A stretch of 32,000 nucleotides of DNA, taken from assembly GCA_900234795.1 (NCBI GenBank), contig LT962688.1, forward strand, positions 3,150,001 to 3,182,000, read 5' to 3'. Shown in pieces: positions 1 through 9,387 of the stretch. The first letter of the stretch is position 1. Every line of letters begins with the position of its first letter. The DNA is from Methylorubrum extorquens. GTDB lineage: Bacteria > Pseudomonadota > Alphaproteobacteria > Rhizobiales > Beijerinckiaceae. A program made the translations under genes and the position numbers. A model generated the notes under the pieces. The model made no database searches, had not been told where the DNA came from, and worked only from the letters and a program-made list of their open reading frames with translations.

Positions 1-111
1 CGCCCTTGAGACACCCTTGGAGGCACGGGCGCGCTGGGGAACGGTTGGGCCGTCCGCTTCGGGCGGCCTTTGTCGTTGGCCCGGCTCCATATTTTACAAA
101 AGGATCACGCC

Positions 112-799
112 ATGAGCGCCACCAAGACGCTTGAGGCCGTGGCACGCGACCGGGTCGGCAAGGGGGCCGCCCGGGCCGTTCGTCGCCAGGGCCAGATTCC
201 CGCCGTCATCTACGGCGGCAACCAGGCCCCGCAGGCCATCGCCATCGACCTCATCCGCGCCCGCACCCTGATCTACGCCGGTGGCTTCAAGACCACCGTG
301 TTCGAGATCGATGCTGGCGGCAAGAAGACCCGCGCGATCCCGCGCGACTACCAGCTCGATCCGGTCAGCGGCGTGCCGCTGCACGTCGACTTCCTGCGCG
401 TCGTCGCCGGCCAGACCGTCACGGTCGATGTCCCCGTTCACTTCGTGAACGAGGATCAGGCCCCGGGCATCAAGCAGAAGGGCGGCACCCTCAACGTCGC
501 GCTGCACACCGTGTCCCCTCGAGGTCGCGCCCGACCAGATCCCCGACGCGATCGAGGTCGACCTCGCTGGCCGCGAGATCGGCGACGTGATCCACGCCTC
601 CGACCTGCGCCTGCCGGCCGGCACCTACACGGGTGAGCCGACTGACACGGTCGCCAACCTCCTGCCGCCGACGGTGCTCGGCGCCGATGTCGAGGCCGAG
701 GAAGCCGCGGTCGCCGAGGCGCAGTCGGCCGAGTCCGCCGAGGGTAAGGCGGAAGCCGAGGCCGAGGCCACCAACGAGAAGAACAAGAGCGAGGCGTAA
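112..799 (+). pseudogene. rplY: 50S ribosomal protein L25 / general stress protein Ctc; reading frame broken by an apparent 1-nt insertion in the C-run at 515-518
   Basis: ATG at 112 follows aaagga. The N-terminal part MSATKTLEAVARDRVGKGAARAVRRQGQIPAVIYGG... is typical L25. After ...NVALHTVS the frame degenerates into an Arg/Pro tail ending at 636. Frame +1 from 518 reads LEVAPDQIPDAIEVDLAGREIGDVIHASDLRLPAGTY... and ends at TAA 797-799, which is the expected Ctc C-terminal domain. The span is 688 nt, i.e. 3n+1. It is the first gene of the conserved rplY-pth-ychF order. Confidence 0.85.
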
Positions 800-901
800 G
801 CCGCAGCGGGCGCCGCGAGCGCCCGCCCTGCGAAAATACGCGATGCCCCGGCCACCCGGCCGGGGCATTTGCATTTGTCGGGGCTGAGATCGGGAGCGCA
901 C

Positions 902-1534
902 ATGCGGCTCATCGTCGGATTGGGAAATCCCGGCGCGCGCTACGCGCGCAACCGCCACAACATCGGCTTCATGGCCGTGGACGAGATCGCCCGCGTCCAC
1001 CGCGCGGCCCCGTTCCGCCGCCGCTTCCAGGGCGAGGCGGCCGAGGTGATGCTCGGCTCGGAGCGCGCAATCCTGCTCAAGCCCCAGACCTTCATGAACG
1101 AATCCGGCCGCTCGGTCGGCGAGGCGCAGCGCTTCTTCAAGATCCCGCTCGCCGACGTGATCGTGCTGCACGACGAACTCGACCTCGCGCCGGCCAAGCT
1201 GCGGGTGAAGCTCGGCGGCGGCAATGCCGGGCATAACGGCCTGCGCTCGATCACGGCGCTGTGCGGCAACGAGTACCGGCGCGTCCGCCTCGGCATCGGC
1301 CATCCCGGCGACAAGGCGCTGGTGCACGCCTACGTCCTCAACGACTTCGCCAAGTCTGAGGAGCCCTGGGTCGAGGATCTCTGCCGCGCCACCGCCGACC
1401 ACGCGCCGCTGCTGGCGGCGGGCGAGGATGCGAGCTTCCAGAACAAGGTGCATCTCGCCATGGCCGGCCGTGGCTGGGAGACGGTGAAGACGCCGGCCGA
1501 GGCCGGCAAGGCGAAAGCGCGCGACGCGAATTGA
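902..1534 (+). CDS. pth: peptidyl-tRNA hydrolase
   Basis: [30 protein letters not shown]...[11 protein letters not shown]...HNGLRSI is the classic Pth signature. The ATG at 902 lies inside the longer ORF 869..1534. 210 aa. Confidence 0.93.
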   Translation: MRLIVGLGNPGARYARNRHNIGFMAVDEIARVHRAAPFRRRFQGEAAEVMLGSERAILLKPQTFMNESGRSVGEAQRFFKIPLADVIVLHDELDLAPAKLRVKLGGGNAGHNGLRSITALCGNEYRRVRLGIGHPGDKALVHAYVLNDFAKSEEPWVEDLCRATADHAPLLAAGEDASFQNKVHLAMAGRGWETVKTPAEAGKAKARDAN

Positions 1535-1613
1535 CACGAGCCCGCCGGACCCCGATGCAGCGGGTTTCCGGGCGCGGCTCCCGACCGATCACAACGGATT
1601 TCTAGGACCAGCC

Positions 1614-2711
1614 ATGGGCTTCAAATGCGGCATCGTCGGCCTGCCGAACGTCGGCAAGTCGACCCTCTTCAACGCCCTGACGCAGACCGCTGCGGCCCAG
1701 GCCGCGAACTACCCATTCTGCACCATCGAGCCGAACGTGGGCGAGGTCGCGGTGCCCGACCCGCGCCTCGATGATCTGGCCCGGATCGCGTCGTCGAAGG
1801 AGATCATCCCGACGCGGCTGACCTTCGTCGACATCGCCGGCCTCGTGCGCGGTGCATCAAAAGGCGAAGGCCTCGGCAACCAGTTCCTCGCCAACATCCG
1901 TGAGGTCGATGCCATCGCCCACGTGGTGCGCTGCTTCGAGGACGGCGACGTCACCCATGTCGAGGGCAAGGTCGATCCGATCGCCGACATCGAGACCATC
2001 GAGACCGAGCTGATGCTGGCCGATCTCGACAGCCTGGAGAAGCGTGTCGTCGCCCTGGAGAAGCGCGCAAAAGGCGCCGACAAGGAGGCCAAGGAGTTCC
2101 TCGACCTCGTCAACCGCGCCCTGCCGCTCCTGCGCGAGGGTAAGCCGGCCCGGCTCGTGGAGCGCAAGCCCGAGGAGGAGCGGCTGTTCCAGCAGCTCGG
2201 CCTGATGACGGCCAAGCCCGTGCTCTACGTCTGCAATGTGGACGAGGGCGACGCCGACAAGGGCAATGACAGGTCACAGGCCGTGTTCGACCGGGCCAAG
2301 GCGGAGGGCGCGGTCGCCGTGGTCGTCTCGGCCAAGATCGAGAGCGAGATCGCGGTGATGCCGGAAGCGGATCAGGCCGAGTTCCTGGAGGCGGTCGGGC
2401 TGTCCGAGCCCGGCCTGAACCGGGTGATCCGCGCCGGCTACGACCTGCTCGGCCTCGTGACCTACTTCACGGTCGGCCCGAAGGAGGCCCGCGCCTGGAC
2501 CATCACGAAGGGCACCCGCGCCCCGGCGGCGGCGGGCGTGATCCACACCGACTTCGAGAAGGGCTTCATCCGCGCCGAGACCATCGCCTTCAAGGACTAC
2601 ACCGCCTTGAACGGCGAGGCCGGCGCGCGCGATGCCGGCAAGCTGCGGCTGGAGGGCAAGGAATACGTGGTGCAGGACGGCGACGTGCTGCATTTCCGCT
2701 TCGCCAACTGA
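1614..2711 (+). CDS. ychF: ribosome-binding (redox-regulated) ATPase YchF
   Basis: [23 protein letters not shown] (P-loop), then [20 protein letters not shown], and a C-terminal TGS-like domain ...[13 protein letters not shown]. 365 aa, located downstream of pth. Confidence 0.95.
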   Translation: MGFKCGIVGLPNVGKSTLFNALTQTAAAQAANYPFCTIEPNVGEVAVPDPRLDDLARIASSKEIIPTRLTFVDIAGLVRGASKGEGLGNQFLANIREVDAIAHVVRCFEDGDVTHVEGKVDPIADIETIETELMLADLDSLEKRVVALEKRAKGADKEAKEFLDLVNRALPLLREGKPARLVERKPEEERLFQQLGLMTAKPVLYVCNVDEGDADKGNDRSQAVFDRAKAEGAVAVVVSAKIESEIAVMPEADQAEFLEAVGLSEPGLNRVIRAGYDLLGLVTYFTVGPKEARAWTITKGTRAPAAAGVIHTDFEKGFIRAETIAFKDYTALNGEAGARDAGKLRLEGKEYVVQDGDVLHFRFAN

Positions 2712-2724
2712 CGGGAGGCCCGGC

Positions 2725-3387
2725 ATGGAGCTTCACCCGCGCCATGCCTGGGACCTGACGCCCGCTGAGGCCGTCGCGCTCCAGCGCCGGCTCCGCAGCG
2801 AGATCGTGGCCGACCAAGCCATCGATCTCGGCGCGGTGCGGCTGGTGGCCGGCGTCGATGTCAGCGTGAAGAACGAGCGCTCCCGCGCCGCCATCGTCGT
2901 CGTGACCTTTCCGGGCTTTCTCCTCGTCGAGACGGCCTTCGCCGAGCGGCCGACGCCGTTTCCCTACATCCCCGGCCTCCTGAGCTTTCGCGAGGGGCCG
3001 GTGCTCGAGGAAGCCTTCGGGCGCCTGCGCGCGGAGCCGGACGTGTTCCTGTTCGACGGCATGGGCATCGCCCATCCGCGCCGCATCGGCATCGCCAGCC
3101 ATATGGGCCTGTGGTTGGAGCGCCCGACCATCGGCGTCGGCAAGACGCGACTCGTCGGCACGAACGCGCCCCTATCCGAGGAGAAGGGCGCGCACGTCCC
3201 CCTGATCGATCGGGGCGAGACCATCGGCGCCGTGGTCCGCACGCGCACGGCCACACTCCCGCTGTTCATCTCGCCGGGCCATCGTGCCGACATCCCGAGC
3301 GCGGTCGAACTGGTACTGGCCTGCTCGCCGAAATACCGCCTGCCGGAGCCGATCCGCCTCGCGCACAAGGCGGCGGGCGACTTCTGA
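2725..3387 (+). CDS. nfi: endonuclease V (deoxyinosine 3' endonuclease)
   Basis: MELHPRHAWDLTPAEAVALQRRL...VAGVDVS...YIPGLLSFREGP...DGMGIAHPRRIGIASHMGL...TIGVGKTRL. The ATG at 2725 is preceded by gggagg. 220 aa. ORF 2632..3387 extends upstream into ychF. Confidence 0.9.
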   Translation: MELHPRHAWDLTPAEAVALQRRLRSEIVADQAIDLGAVRLVAGVDVSVKNERSRAAIVVVTFPGFLLVETAFAERPTPFPYIPGLLSFREGPVLEEAFGRLRAEPDVFLFDGMGIAHPRRIGIASHMGLWLERPTIGVGKTRLVGTNAPLSEEKGAHVPLIDRGETIGAVVRTRTATLPLFISPGHRADIPSAVELVLACSPKYRLPEPIRLAHKAAGDF

Positions 3388-3428
3388 TCGACCGATCCTG
3401 GCGATTAGGACGATCCTCACTCCGAGGT

Positions 3429-3446
3429 GCCGAGCGCAAGCTCGGC
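3429..3446. terminator. GC-rich hairpin between convergent nfi and polA (possible bidirectional terminator, no U-tract)
   Basis: gccgagc-gcaa-gctcggc: a 7-bp perfect stem with a GCAA tetraloop in the 183-bp convergent intergenic region. Confidence 0.25.
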
Positions 3447-3570
3447 CTCGAAGCACGCCTGAACGGTCGATCCGGCGGCAACGATCTGCCGGGAAAAGCG
3501 GGGCGGCGTTCTTCGAGGCTGCTGACACAGTGCCTCAATGAGGAGCGTTGTGACTTCCGGAATCGAGCCC

Positions 3571-6500
3571 TCAGTGCGCCTCTTCCCAGTTGCCCGCCGC
3601 CCGGGCCTCGACCACCAGCGGCACCCTCAGCGTCAGGGCCGGCGCGGGGGCCTCTTCCATCACCCCGGCGATCACGGGGATCGTCGCCTCCACTTCGTCG
3701 TCGGGCACCTCGAACACGAGCTCGTCGTGCACCTGCAGCAGCATGCGCGCGGTGAGCCTTTTGGCCTCCAGCGCATCCTCCATCCGCGTCATGGCGCGGC
3801 GGATGATATCGGCGGCAGTGCCCTGGATCGGGGCGTTGATGGCTTGGCGCTCCACGCTCGCCCGTTCGGACGGGTTGTTCGAGCGGATTTGCGGGTAGTG
3901 GCAGACGCGCCCGAACAGGGTCGTCACGTAGCCCTTCTCGCGGCACGAGCGCTTGGTGGTGTCGATGTAGTCGCGGATGCCGGGAAACCGCTCGAAATAC
4001 TGCTTGATGAAGGCTGATGCCTCCTCGCGTCCGATGCCGAGGCGGTCGGCGAGGCCGAAGGCCGAGATGCCGTAGATGATGCCGAAATTGATGGTCTTGG
4101 CCCGGCGCCGCAGGTCGCCGGTCATCTGATCGAGGGCGACGCCGAACATGGCCGACGCCGTGGCTGCGTGGATGTCGATTCCCTGCTCGAACGCTTCGCG
4201 CAATTGCGGGATGTCGGCGATGTGGGCGAGCAGGCGCAGCTCGATCTGGCTGTAATCGGCCGAGATCAGCTTCTTACCCTCGGGCGCGACGAAGGCGCGG
4301 CGGATGCGCCGCCCCTCCTCCGTGCGGATCGGGATGTTCTGCAGGTTCGGATCCGAGGAGGAGAGCCGGCCGGTCGTCGTCGCCGCGAGGGCGAACGAGG
4401 TGTGGACCCGGTTCGTACCGCGGTCGGCGTGCTGCTGCAGCGAGTCGGTATAGGTCGATTTCAGCTTGGAAAGCTGGCGCCAGTTGAGAATCTTCTTCGG
4501 CAGGTCGTGGCCGGCCTGGGCCAGCTCTTCGAGAAGCGTCGCGGGCGTGGCCCACTGGCCGGACGGTGTCTTCTTCGCGCCGGGCAGGCCCATCTTGCCG
4601 AACAGCACGTCGCCGATCTGCTTCGGCGAGGAGACCTGAAACCGCTCGCCCGCGTCTTCTTGAATCTCCTCCTCCAGCCGCGCCAGGATCTGCGAGAAGT
4701 CGCCGGAGAGGCGGCTCAGCATGTTGCGGTCGATGGCGATGCCGGCCCGTTCCATCCGCGCCAGCACCGGCACCAGCGGACGCTCCAGCGTCTCGTAGAC
4801 CGTCACCCGGTGCTCGGCGACGAGGCGCGGCTTCATCATCCGCCATAGCCGTAAGGTGACGTCGGCGTCTTCCGCCGCGTAGGCGGTCGCCTTGTCGATC
4901 GCCACGCGGTCGAAGGTGACCTTGTTGCGGCCGGTGCCGGCGACGTCGGCGAAGGTGATCGGCTGATGGCCGAGATGGCGGCGGGCGAGTTCGTCCATGC
5001 CGTGCCCGCCCTTGCCGGCATCGAGCACGTAGGAGATCAGCATCGTGTCGTCGAAGGGCCTCACGTCGATGCCGTAGCGGTGCAGCACCGAGAGGTCGTA
5101 TTTCAGGTTCTGGCCGACCTTGAGCGTGCCGGCATCCTCGAGTAGCGGCTTGAGCAGCTTGAGGGCGGTGTCGAAATCGATCTGGCCGGGCTGCTTGTCG
5201 GAGGCATCGGCCCCTGCCCCGCTCTCGCCGAACAGGTCGCCGCCCTTCACCTCGGGCTTGACGTGGGCGAGCGGGATATAGGCGGCCCGCCCCGGCGCGG
5301 TGGCGAGCGAGACTCCGACGAGTCCCGCCTTGGCCGCGTCGAGCGCATCGGTCTCGGTATCGACCGCGATCACGCCGGCCTCGTAGCTCTCGGCGATCCA
5401 GGCCTCGAGCTGCGCCACGGTGGCGATCGTCTCGTAGGCGGCCGTATCGAACGGCTTGACCGATTCCGCCGCGCGGGCGGCCACGAGGGTCGCGGGCGTC
5501 GGCTCGTTAGAGCCGCGCTTCTTCTTCGGAGCCTGATCCGGCAGGTCGAGATCGGCGAAGGGATCGGCCTCGCCCGCCTCGGGCGGGGCTTCCCCATCCG
5601 TCCGCTCGGGTGCGGCGGCGGTCTCGGGATCGACCGGCACGGCGTCGCCGAAGAACGGCACGGCGTCACTGCCGCCGGCCGCGTTGGAATAGGCGTGGGG
5701 CTGTGCGCCCGGCAGCAAAGCCGGATCGGGCTTTACCGCCTCGGGATCGACATGGAGCATTTGCGCGATACGCCGCGTCAGGGTGTTGAACTCCATGGCC
5801 TTCAGGAAGCCGACCAGCTTTTGCGGATCGGGCTGCGGCACGCCGAGTTCGTCGAGCGGCACTGGCACCGGCACGCTCTCCTCGAGCGCGACGAGGCGGC
5901 GCGAGAGCTTGGCCTGATCGATGTTGGCGAGCAGCATTTCCCGGCGCTTGGGCTGCTTGATCTCGCTGGCCCGCTCCAGGAGCTGCTCCAGGCTGCCGTA
6001 TTCCTTGATGAGCGCGGCCGCCGTCTTCAGGCCGATGCCGGGCACGCCCGGCACGTTGTCGGAAGTGTCGCCGATCAGTGCCAGCGCGTCGCCGATCTGC
6101 TCGGGCGCGAGGCCCTCCCACTTGGCGATGATCGCCTCGCGGTCGAGGTTGCGCTCGGGCCGGTAGCCGGGCTTGCCCTTGGCGCCCGACTCGAAATCGT
6201 AGAACCGGATCTTGTCCGAGACGAGCTGCATCAGGTCCTTGTCGGAGGACACGATGATGACCTCGGCGCCACGCGCCTCGGCCTGGCGCGCGTAGGTCGC
6301 GATCAGGTCGTCGGCCTCGTAGCGCACCAGCTCGACCGCATGCAGCCCGAAGGCGCGGACGGCGTCGCGCATCAGCGGCATCTGGCGCTTGAGGTCGTCC
6401 GGCGCGTCGGGGCGGTGGCCCTTGTAGTCCGGGAACAGCTCCTTGCGGAACGAGCCCTCGGACTTGTCGAAGACGATGCCGAGATGGGTCGGCTTCACAC

Positions 6501-6714
6501 CCGCCGCGCCCTCCTGAAGGAACTGCGCGATCTTGGTGCAGAACAGGCGCACCGCGCCGGTCGGCAGACCGTCGGAGGGCCGCGTGTTGTACTTCTGGTC
6601 CTGATTGATCGACTGGAAGTACGCTCGGAAGATGAAGGACGAGCCGTCAACGAGGATCACCCGGTCATCGGCGCAGACGGGCTTGGCCGGTTGCGGTTGC
6701 GTCTCTTCGGTCAT
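3571..6714 (-). CDS. polA: DNA polymerase I
   Basis: N-terminal 5'-3' exonuclease (VILVDGSSFIFRAYF...), a 3'-5' exonuclease region (VDTETDALD), and polymerase motifs (DYSQIELRLLAH, RRRAKTINFGIIYG, QVHDELVFE). I chose the start MTEETQ (ATG 6712-6714), giving 1047 aa. The alternative MAVRP start at 6729 cannot be excluded. The ORF's further extension to 6939 has no homology-like sequence. Confidence 0.95.
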   Translation of the reverse strand: MTEETQPQPAKPVCADDRVILVDGSSFIFRAYFQSINQDQKYNTRPSDGLPTGAVRLFCTKIAQFLQEGAAGVKPTHLGIVFDKSEGSFRKELFPDYKGHRPDAPDDLKRQMPLMRDAVRAFGLHAVELVRYEADDLIATYARQAEARGAEVIIVSSDKDLMQLVSDKIRFYDFESGAKGKPGYRPERNLDREAIIAKWEGLAPEQIGDALALIGDTSDNVPGVPGIGLKTAAALIKEYGSLEQLLERASEIKQPKRREMLLANIDQAKLSRRLVALEESVPVPVPLDELGVPQPDPQKLVGFLKAMEFNTLTRRIAQMLHVDPEAVKPDPALLPGAQPHAYSNAAGGSDAVPFFGDAVPVDPETAAAPERTDGEAPPEAGEADPFADLDLPDQAPKKKRGSNEPTPATLVAARAAESVKPFDTAAYETIATVAQLEAWIAESYEAGVIAVDTETDALDAAKAGLVGVSLATAPGRAAYIPLAHVKPEVKGGDLFGESGAGADASDKQPGQIDFDTALKLLKPLLEDAGTLKVGQNLKYDLSVLHRYGIDVRPFDDTMLISYVLDAGKGGHGMDELARRHLGHQPITFADVAGTGRNKVTFDRVAIDKATAYAAEDADVTLRLWRMMKPRLVAEHRVTVYETLERPLVPVLARMERAGIAIDRNMLSRLSGDFSQILARLEEEIQEDAGERFQVSSPKQIGDVLFGKMGLPGAKKTPSGQWATPATLLEELAQAGHDLPKKILNWRQLSKLKSTYTDSLQQHADRGTNRVHTSFALAATTTGRLSSSDPNLQNIPIRTEEGRRIRRAFVAPEGKKLISADYSQIELRLLAHIADIPQLREAFEQGIDIHAATASAMFGVALDQMTGDLRRRAKTINFGIIYGISAFGLADRLGIGREEASAFIKQYFERFPGIRDYIDTTKRSCREKGYVTTLFGRVCHYPQIRSNNPSERASVERQAINAPIQGTAADIIRRAMTRMEDALEAKRLTARMLLQVHDELVFEVPDDEVEATIPVIAGVMEEAPAPALTLRVPLVVEARAAGNWEEAH

Positions 6715-7218
6715 CGGTCGAACAGCCATCGGCGAATGGAGACCCAAAGGCGGGGCCGCCGATCCATAGAGCATTTTCGCCGCTTCAGAACATCGCCCTG
6801 GCGCCGGGAAATGCCGCAGGTCCCCGGTTCTCTGGCCCCCGACGGCTGGCATGAGAGCGAGCCGGTCCTGTCCATCGCGAGAGCACTTGAGCCGCGCGAG
6901 TGGCGAAACGCTTAAAAATTTGTCGGGCCCAGAGTCCATGTGCGCTCGTGCACCGGGCAGAATCGAGTGGCGGCTTTCGCAGCAACACCCTCATAATCAT
7001 GACCTTTTTCGGCTGCGCGCAATGTCGCTGCATGAAAGTTCGAGTGCGATTGGCGCTTTCGAAATATAACGATGGTGCAGTGCGACAAACCGGCTATTGT
7101 CCCCGAAGAGTTCGGCCCCAAATCCCGTTCATCGAAGACGGGCGACAGCCTATCCTGATCGATCGAAAGATCAGGCCAAGTGCATCCGCGCCCGCATGAA
7201 TAGATATGAGGACCCATT

Positions 7219-7611
7219 ATGAATCATCGCACCAAGATCACCGCCGCCCTCGCTCTGGCCCTCGGCCTGGCCGCGACCCCGAGCCTTGCTCAGGGCATCG
7301 CTTCCGACAGCGCCAGCTACAACCGTGACGGCACGCTTAACGTATGGGGCGCACATATCGACCCGGTGCGCGAGCGCGGCGGCCTTCTCGGCGGCGTCGG
7401 CAATGTCGTCGGCGGCACGCTTGGCGCCGCCGGTAATATCGTCGGTGGAACCGTGGATGCGGCCGGCAACGTCGTCGGCGGTGTCGTGGGCGGCACGGCC
7501 AATGCGGCCGACAGCATCGTCACGGGCTCGGTCCGCCGCCCGGCGGGTTACAGCGCCTACGGCACTCAGCCGGTCGATCGTGCCGGCGCCTACGGCCGCG
7601 CCGCCTACTGA
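7219..7611 (+). CDS. secreted Gly/Val/Ala-rich repeat protein (hypothetical)
   Basis: ATG is preceded by gagga. It has a Sec-type signal peptide MNHRTKITAALALALGLAATPSLA/QG and three 11-aa repeats of the form GN(V/I)VGGT(L/V)(G/D)AA. A strong intrinsic terminator follows. Confidence 0.7.
   Translation: MNHRTKITAALALALGLAATPSLAQGIASDSASYNRDGTLNVWGAHIDPVRERGGLLGGVGNVVGGTLGAAGNIVGGTVDAAGNVVGGVVGGTANAADSIVTGSVRRPAGYSAYGTQPVDRAGAYGRAAY
7399..7497 (+). repeat. 3 x 33-nt imperfect in-frame tandem repeat inside the Gly-rich gene
   Basis: The units 7399-7431, 7432-7464 and 7465-7497 encode GNVVGGTLGAA / GNIVGGTVDAA / GNVVGGVVGGT. Confidence 0.7.
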
Positions 7612-7640
7612 GACCGGTCCACTCTTCAAGTTTGACGAAG

Positions 7641-7669
7641 CGGTGGGGCGCGAGCCCCGCCGTTTTTTT
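7641..7669 (+). terminator. rho-independent terminator of the Gly-rich protein gene
   Basis: cggtggggc-gcga-gccccgccg (9-bp stem including one G-U pair) followed by ttttttt at 7663-7669. Confidence 0.8.
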
Positions 7670-7678
7670 GTGCGCTAG

Positions 7679-7936
7679 GCATCGGAAGCACGGGGAAGCG
7701 TCCCGTCGAAGGCCGAGACTCTGACGATCCTGTCGGGCTCGTTCGATCACCAGCGCGGCACTGCGATCGAACAGGCCCGGGCCAACGCGTTGCGGACGGA
7801 CGGCCTCGTGTTCCTGCCCGGGAACACGCTGCAGGACCTCCGGACGACCAACGAACCGGACGTCCTTCAAGGGTACGGAAGCGGGCCGGTTGGCGTGAAC
7901 GACCCGCATCCGGCCGACGACGCGAGCAAGGCGTAG
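7679..7936 (+). pseudogene. start-less ORF remnant with strong coding-type codon bias (unknown family)
   Basis: An open frame of 85 codons runs from just after TAG 7676-7678 to TAG 7934-7936: GIEARGSVPSKAETLTILSGSFDHQRGTAIEQARANALRTDGLVFLPGNTLQDLRTTNEPDVLQGYGSGPVGVNDPHPADDASKA. About 85% of third positions are G/C (72/85 by hand count), like genuine genes here. There is no ATG, and the only GTG leaves 42 aa. It is absent from the ORF track. Confidence 0.35.
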
Positions 7937-7958
7937 AACTGATGGAGGGGGGCCGCCG

Positions 7959-9152
7959 TCAGGCGGCCGCCCCCACCGTGTCCGCCATGCGGGCGTCACG
8001 CGTGCCGAGCGGCTTCGGCGCACCGACCGTGGTGTCCTTGGCGGTCTGGTGTTCGAGTTCGGCGTTGAGCTGCGCGCCGAGCAGCACGATCGTGGTCGAG
8101 AGCCAGATCCAGGTCATGAAGCCGATCGCGGCGCCGAGCGAGCCGTAAGTCTTGTCGTAGCTGCCGAAATTCGAGACGTACCACGAGAACAGCAGCGAGC
8201 CGACCAGCCACAGGAAGGCGGCGAACATGCCGCCCGGCGTCACCCAACGCCATCGCGGCGCATCCCGGCTGGGACCGTAGCGGTAAAGCACGGCGAGCAT
8301 CAGGATGACGATCACGAACAGGATCGGCCAGCGCAGAAGCGCCAGCCACCACGCGTCGCCCGACAGACCCAGAAACTGAATCGCCACGGGTACCGCGACG
8401 ATGCCGGCAAGCGCGAGCACGACGAAGAGCAGCGCGCCCGCGGTGAAGGCCAGCGAGACAAGGTTGAGCTTGAAGAAGCCGCGTTGCTCGCGCTCGTTGT
8501 AGACGAGATTGAGCGCGTCGAAGACGTGTTTCACGCCGCCATTGGCGCTCCAGACGGAAAGGGCGATGCCGATGAGGGCGGTCAGCCCCAAGGTCGTATC
8601 CCCCTTCTCCGTCAAACGCTTCACCTGCTCGGCGACGATGTCGACGCCCCCCGAGGGAAGGACGCCGCGCAACGCTTCGATCTGGTGGTTGATGGTCGAG
8701 ACGTCGGCGATCAGCCCGTAGACGGAGACCAGCGCGGCGATGGCGGGGAAGATGGCGAGGAGGACGAAGAAGGTGACGCCCGCCGATACCAGAGTCAGGC
8801 GGTTTTCGCCGATATCCCGGTAGGTCCGCTTGAGGACATCCTTCCACCCTTCGACCGGCACCTCCGTCGGCTTGTCGGCGGACCGGCCGCGATCCTGCTC
8901 GGTCTGCGCGACCCGATGGGCGTCGGCGCCCTCATGCGAGGGGGATTCCTTGCGCGCCCCATCGCCGTTCGACGCGCCGCGCGAGTGATCCCCGTCACGG
9001 TCCGCCGCACGATCCGCGGGCTGTGCCGACCGGCGTGGGAGTGCGACGATCCCAAGGAGCGCCGTCGCCAGTGCCATGGTCCACAAAGCCGGGTAGCGGG
9101 GGTTGTCCGTCGCGGCAGCGGCGTCGGGAACGACGCGATCGGATGTAGGCAT
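7959..9152 (-). CDS. YihY/virulence factor BrkB family membrane protein
   Basis: GWKDVLKRTYRDIGENRLTLVSAGVTFFVLLAIFPAIAALVSVYG...LSVWSANGGVKHVFDALNLVY...GSLGAAIGFMTWIWLSTTIVLLGAQLNAELE is a typical YihY/BrkB multi-TM core. I prefer the ATG at 9152. The ORF's TTG at 9200 is an alternative start. Confidence 0.85.
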   Translation of the reverse strand: MPTSDRVVPDAAAATDNPRYPALWTMALATALLGIVALPRRSAQPADRAADRDGDHSRGASNGDGARKESPSHEGADAHRVAQTEQDRGRSADKPTEVPVEGWKDVLKRTYRDIGENRLTLVSAGVTFFVLLAIFPAIAALVSVYGLIADVSTINHQIEALRGVLPSGGVDIVAEQVKRLTEKGDTTLGLTALIGIALSVWSANGGVKHVFDALNLVYNEREQRGFFKLNLVSLAFTAGALLFVVLALAGIVAVPVAIQFLGLSGDAWWLALLRWPILFVIVILMLAVLYRYGPSRDAPRWRWVTPGGMFAAFLWLVGSLLFSWYVSNFGSYDKTYGSLGAAIGFMTWIWLSTTIVLLGAQLNAELEHQTAKDTTVGAPKPLGTRDARMADTVGAAA

Positions 9153-9387
9153 TGCGGGATTGGCTCCGTCCAGCGCGCGAAGAGGCGGCGCTGACAGCAA
9201 CCCTTTGGCCCGACTTTCGGTTCACAGGGACGTGAGCCTGCGGGCAAAAGCGTTTCGCCGCTGCGTATTCGAACGGCGCACTCATGAAAAATTCACATTC
9301 TCGCCAAGTTCTCGCCGGAACCGTTAAGATCGGCTCCGGTTGACAGCGCACCGGTCGAACGCGACCGCCTCGCTTCAGGAGCCGTCG

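Noticed and set aside
505-525. Programmed +1 ribosomal frameshift in rplY (prfB-like)
   Set aside because: There is no in-frame stop or slippery/Shine-Dalgarno arrangement at the shift site. The lesion is simply one extra base in a C-run, and L25 genes are not known to require frameshifting.
6715-6939. 75-codon N-terminal extension of the polA ORF
   Set aside because: The extension (MDSGPDKFLSVSPLARLKCSRDG...) has mixed codon bias and no similarity to Pol I N-termini. The conserved 5'-3' exonuclease domain begins right after MTEETQ.
7399-7497. 33-nt periodic repeats as a possible CRISPR or mini-satellite
   Set aside because: The repeats are contiguous with no spacers, imperfect and in frame. 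They lie inside a gene that has a signal peptide, an RBS and a terminator, so they encode peptide repeats.
7520-8023. 167-aa minus-strand ORF spanning the Gly-rich gene's 3' end, its terminator and the downstream gap
   Set aside because: Its composition is Arg/Pro-rich. It overlaps a well-supported + strand gene and terminator, and the + strand frame at 7679..7936 has the much stronger GC3 signal.
9200-9387. TTGACA-like hexamer (about 9339-9344) as a -35 box for the exported-protein gene
   Set aside because: There is no acceptable -10 element at 16-18 bp spacing. A single hexamer match in 190 bp is expected by chance.
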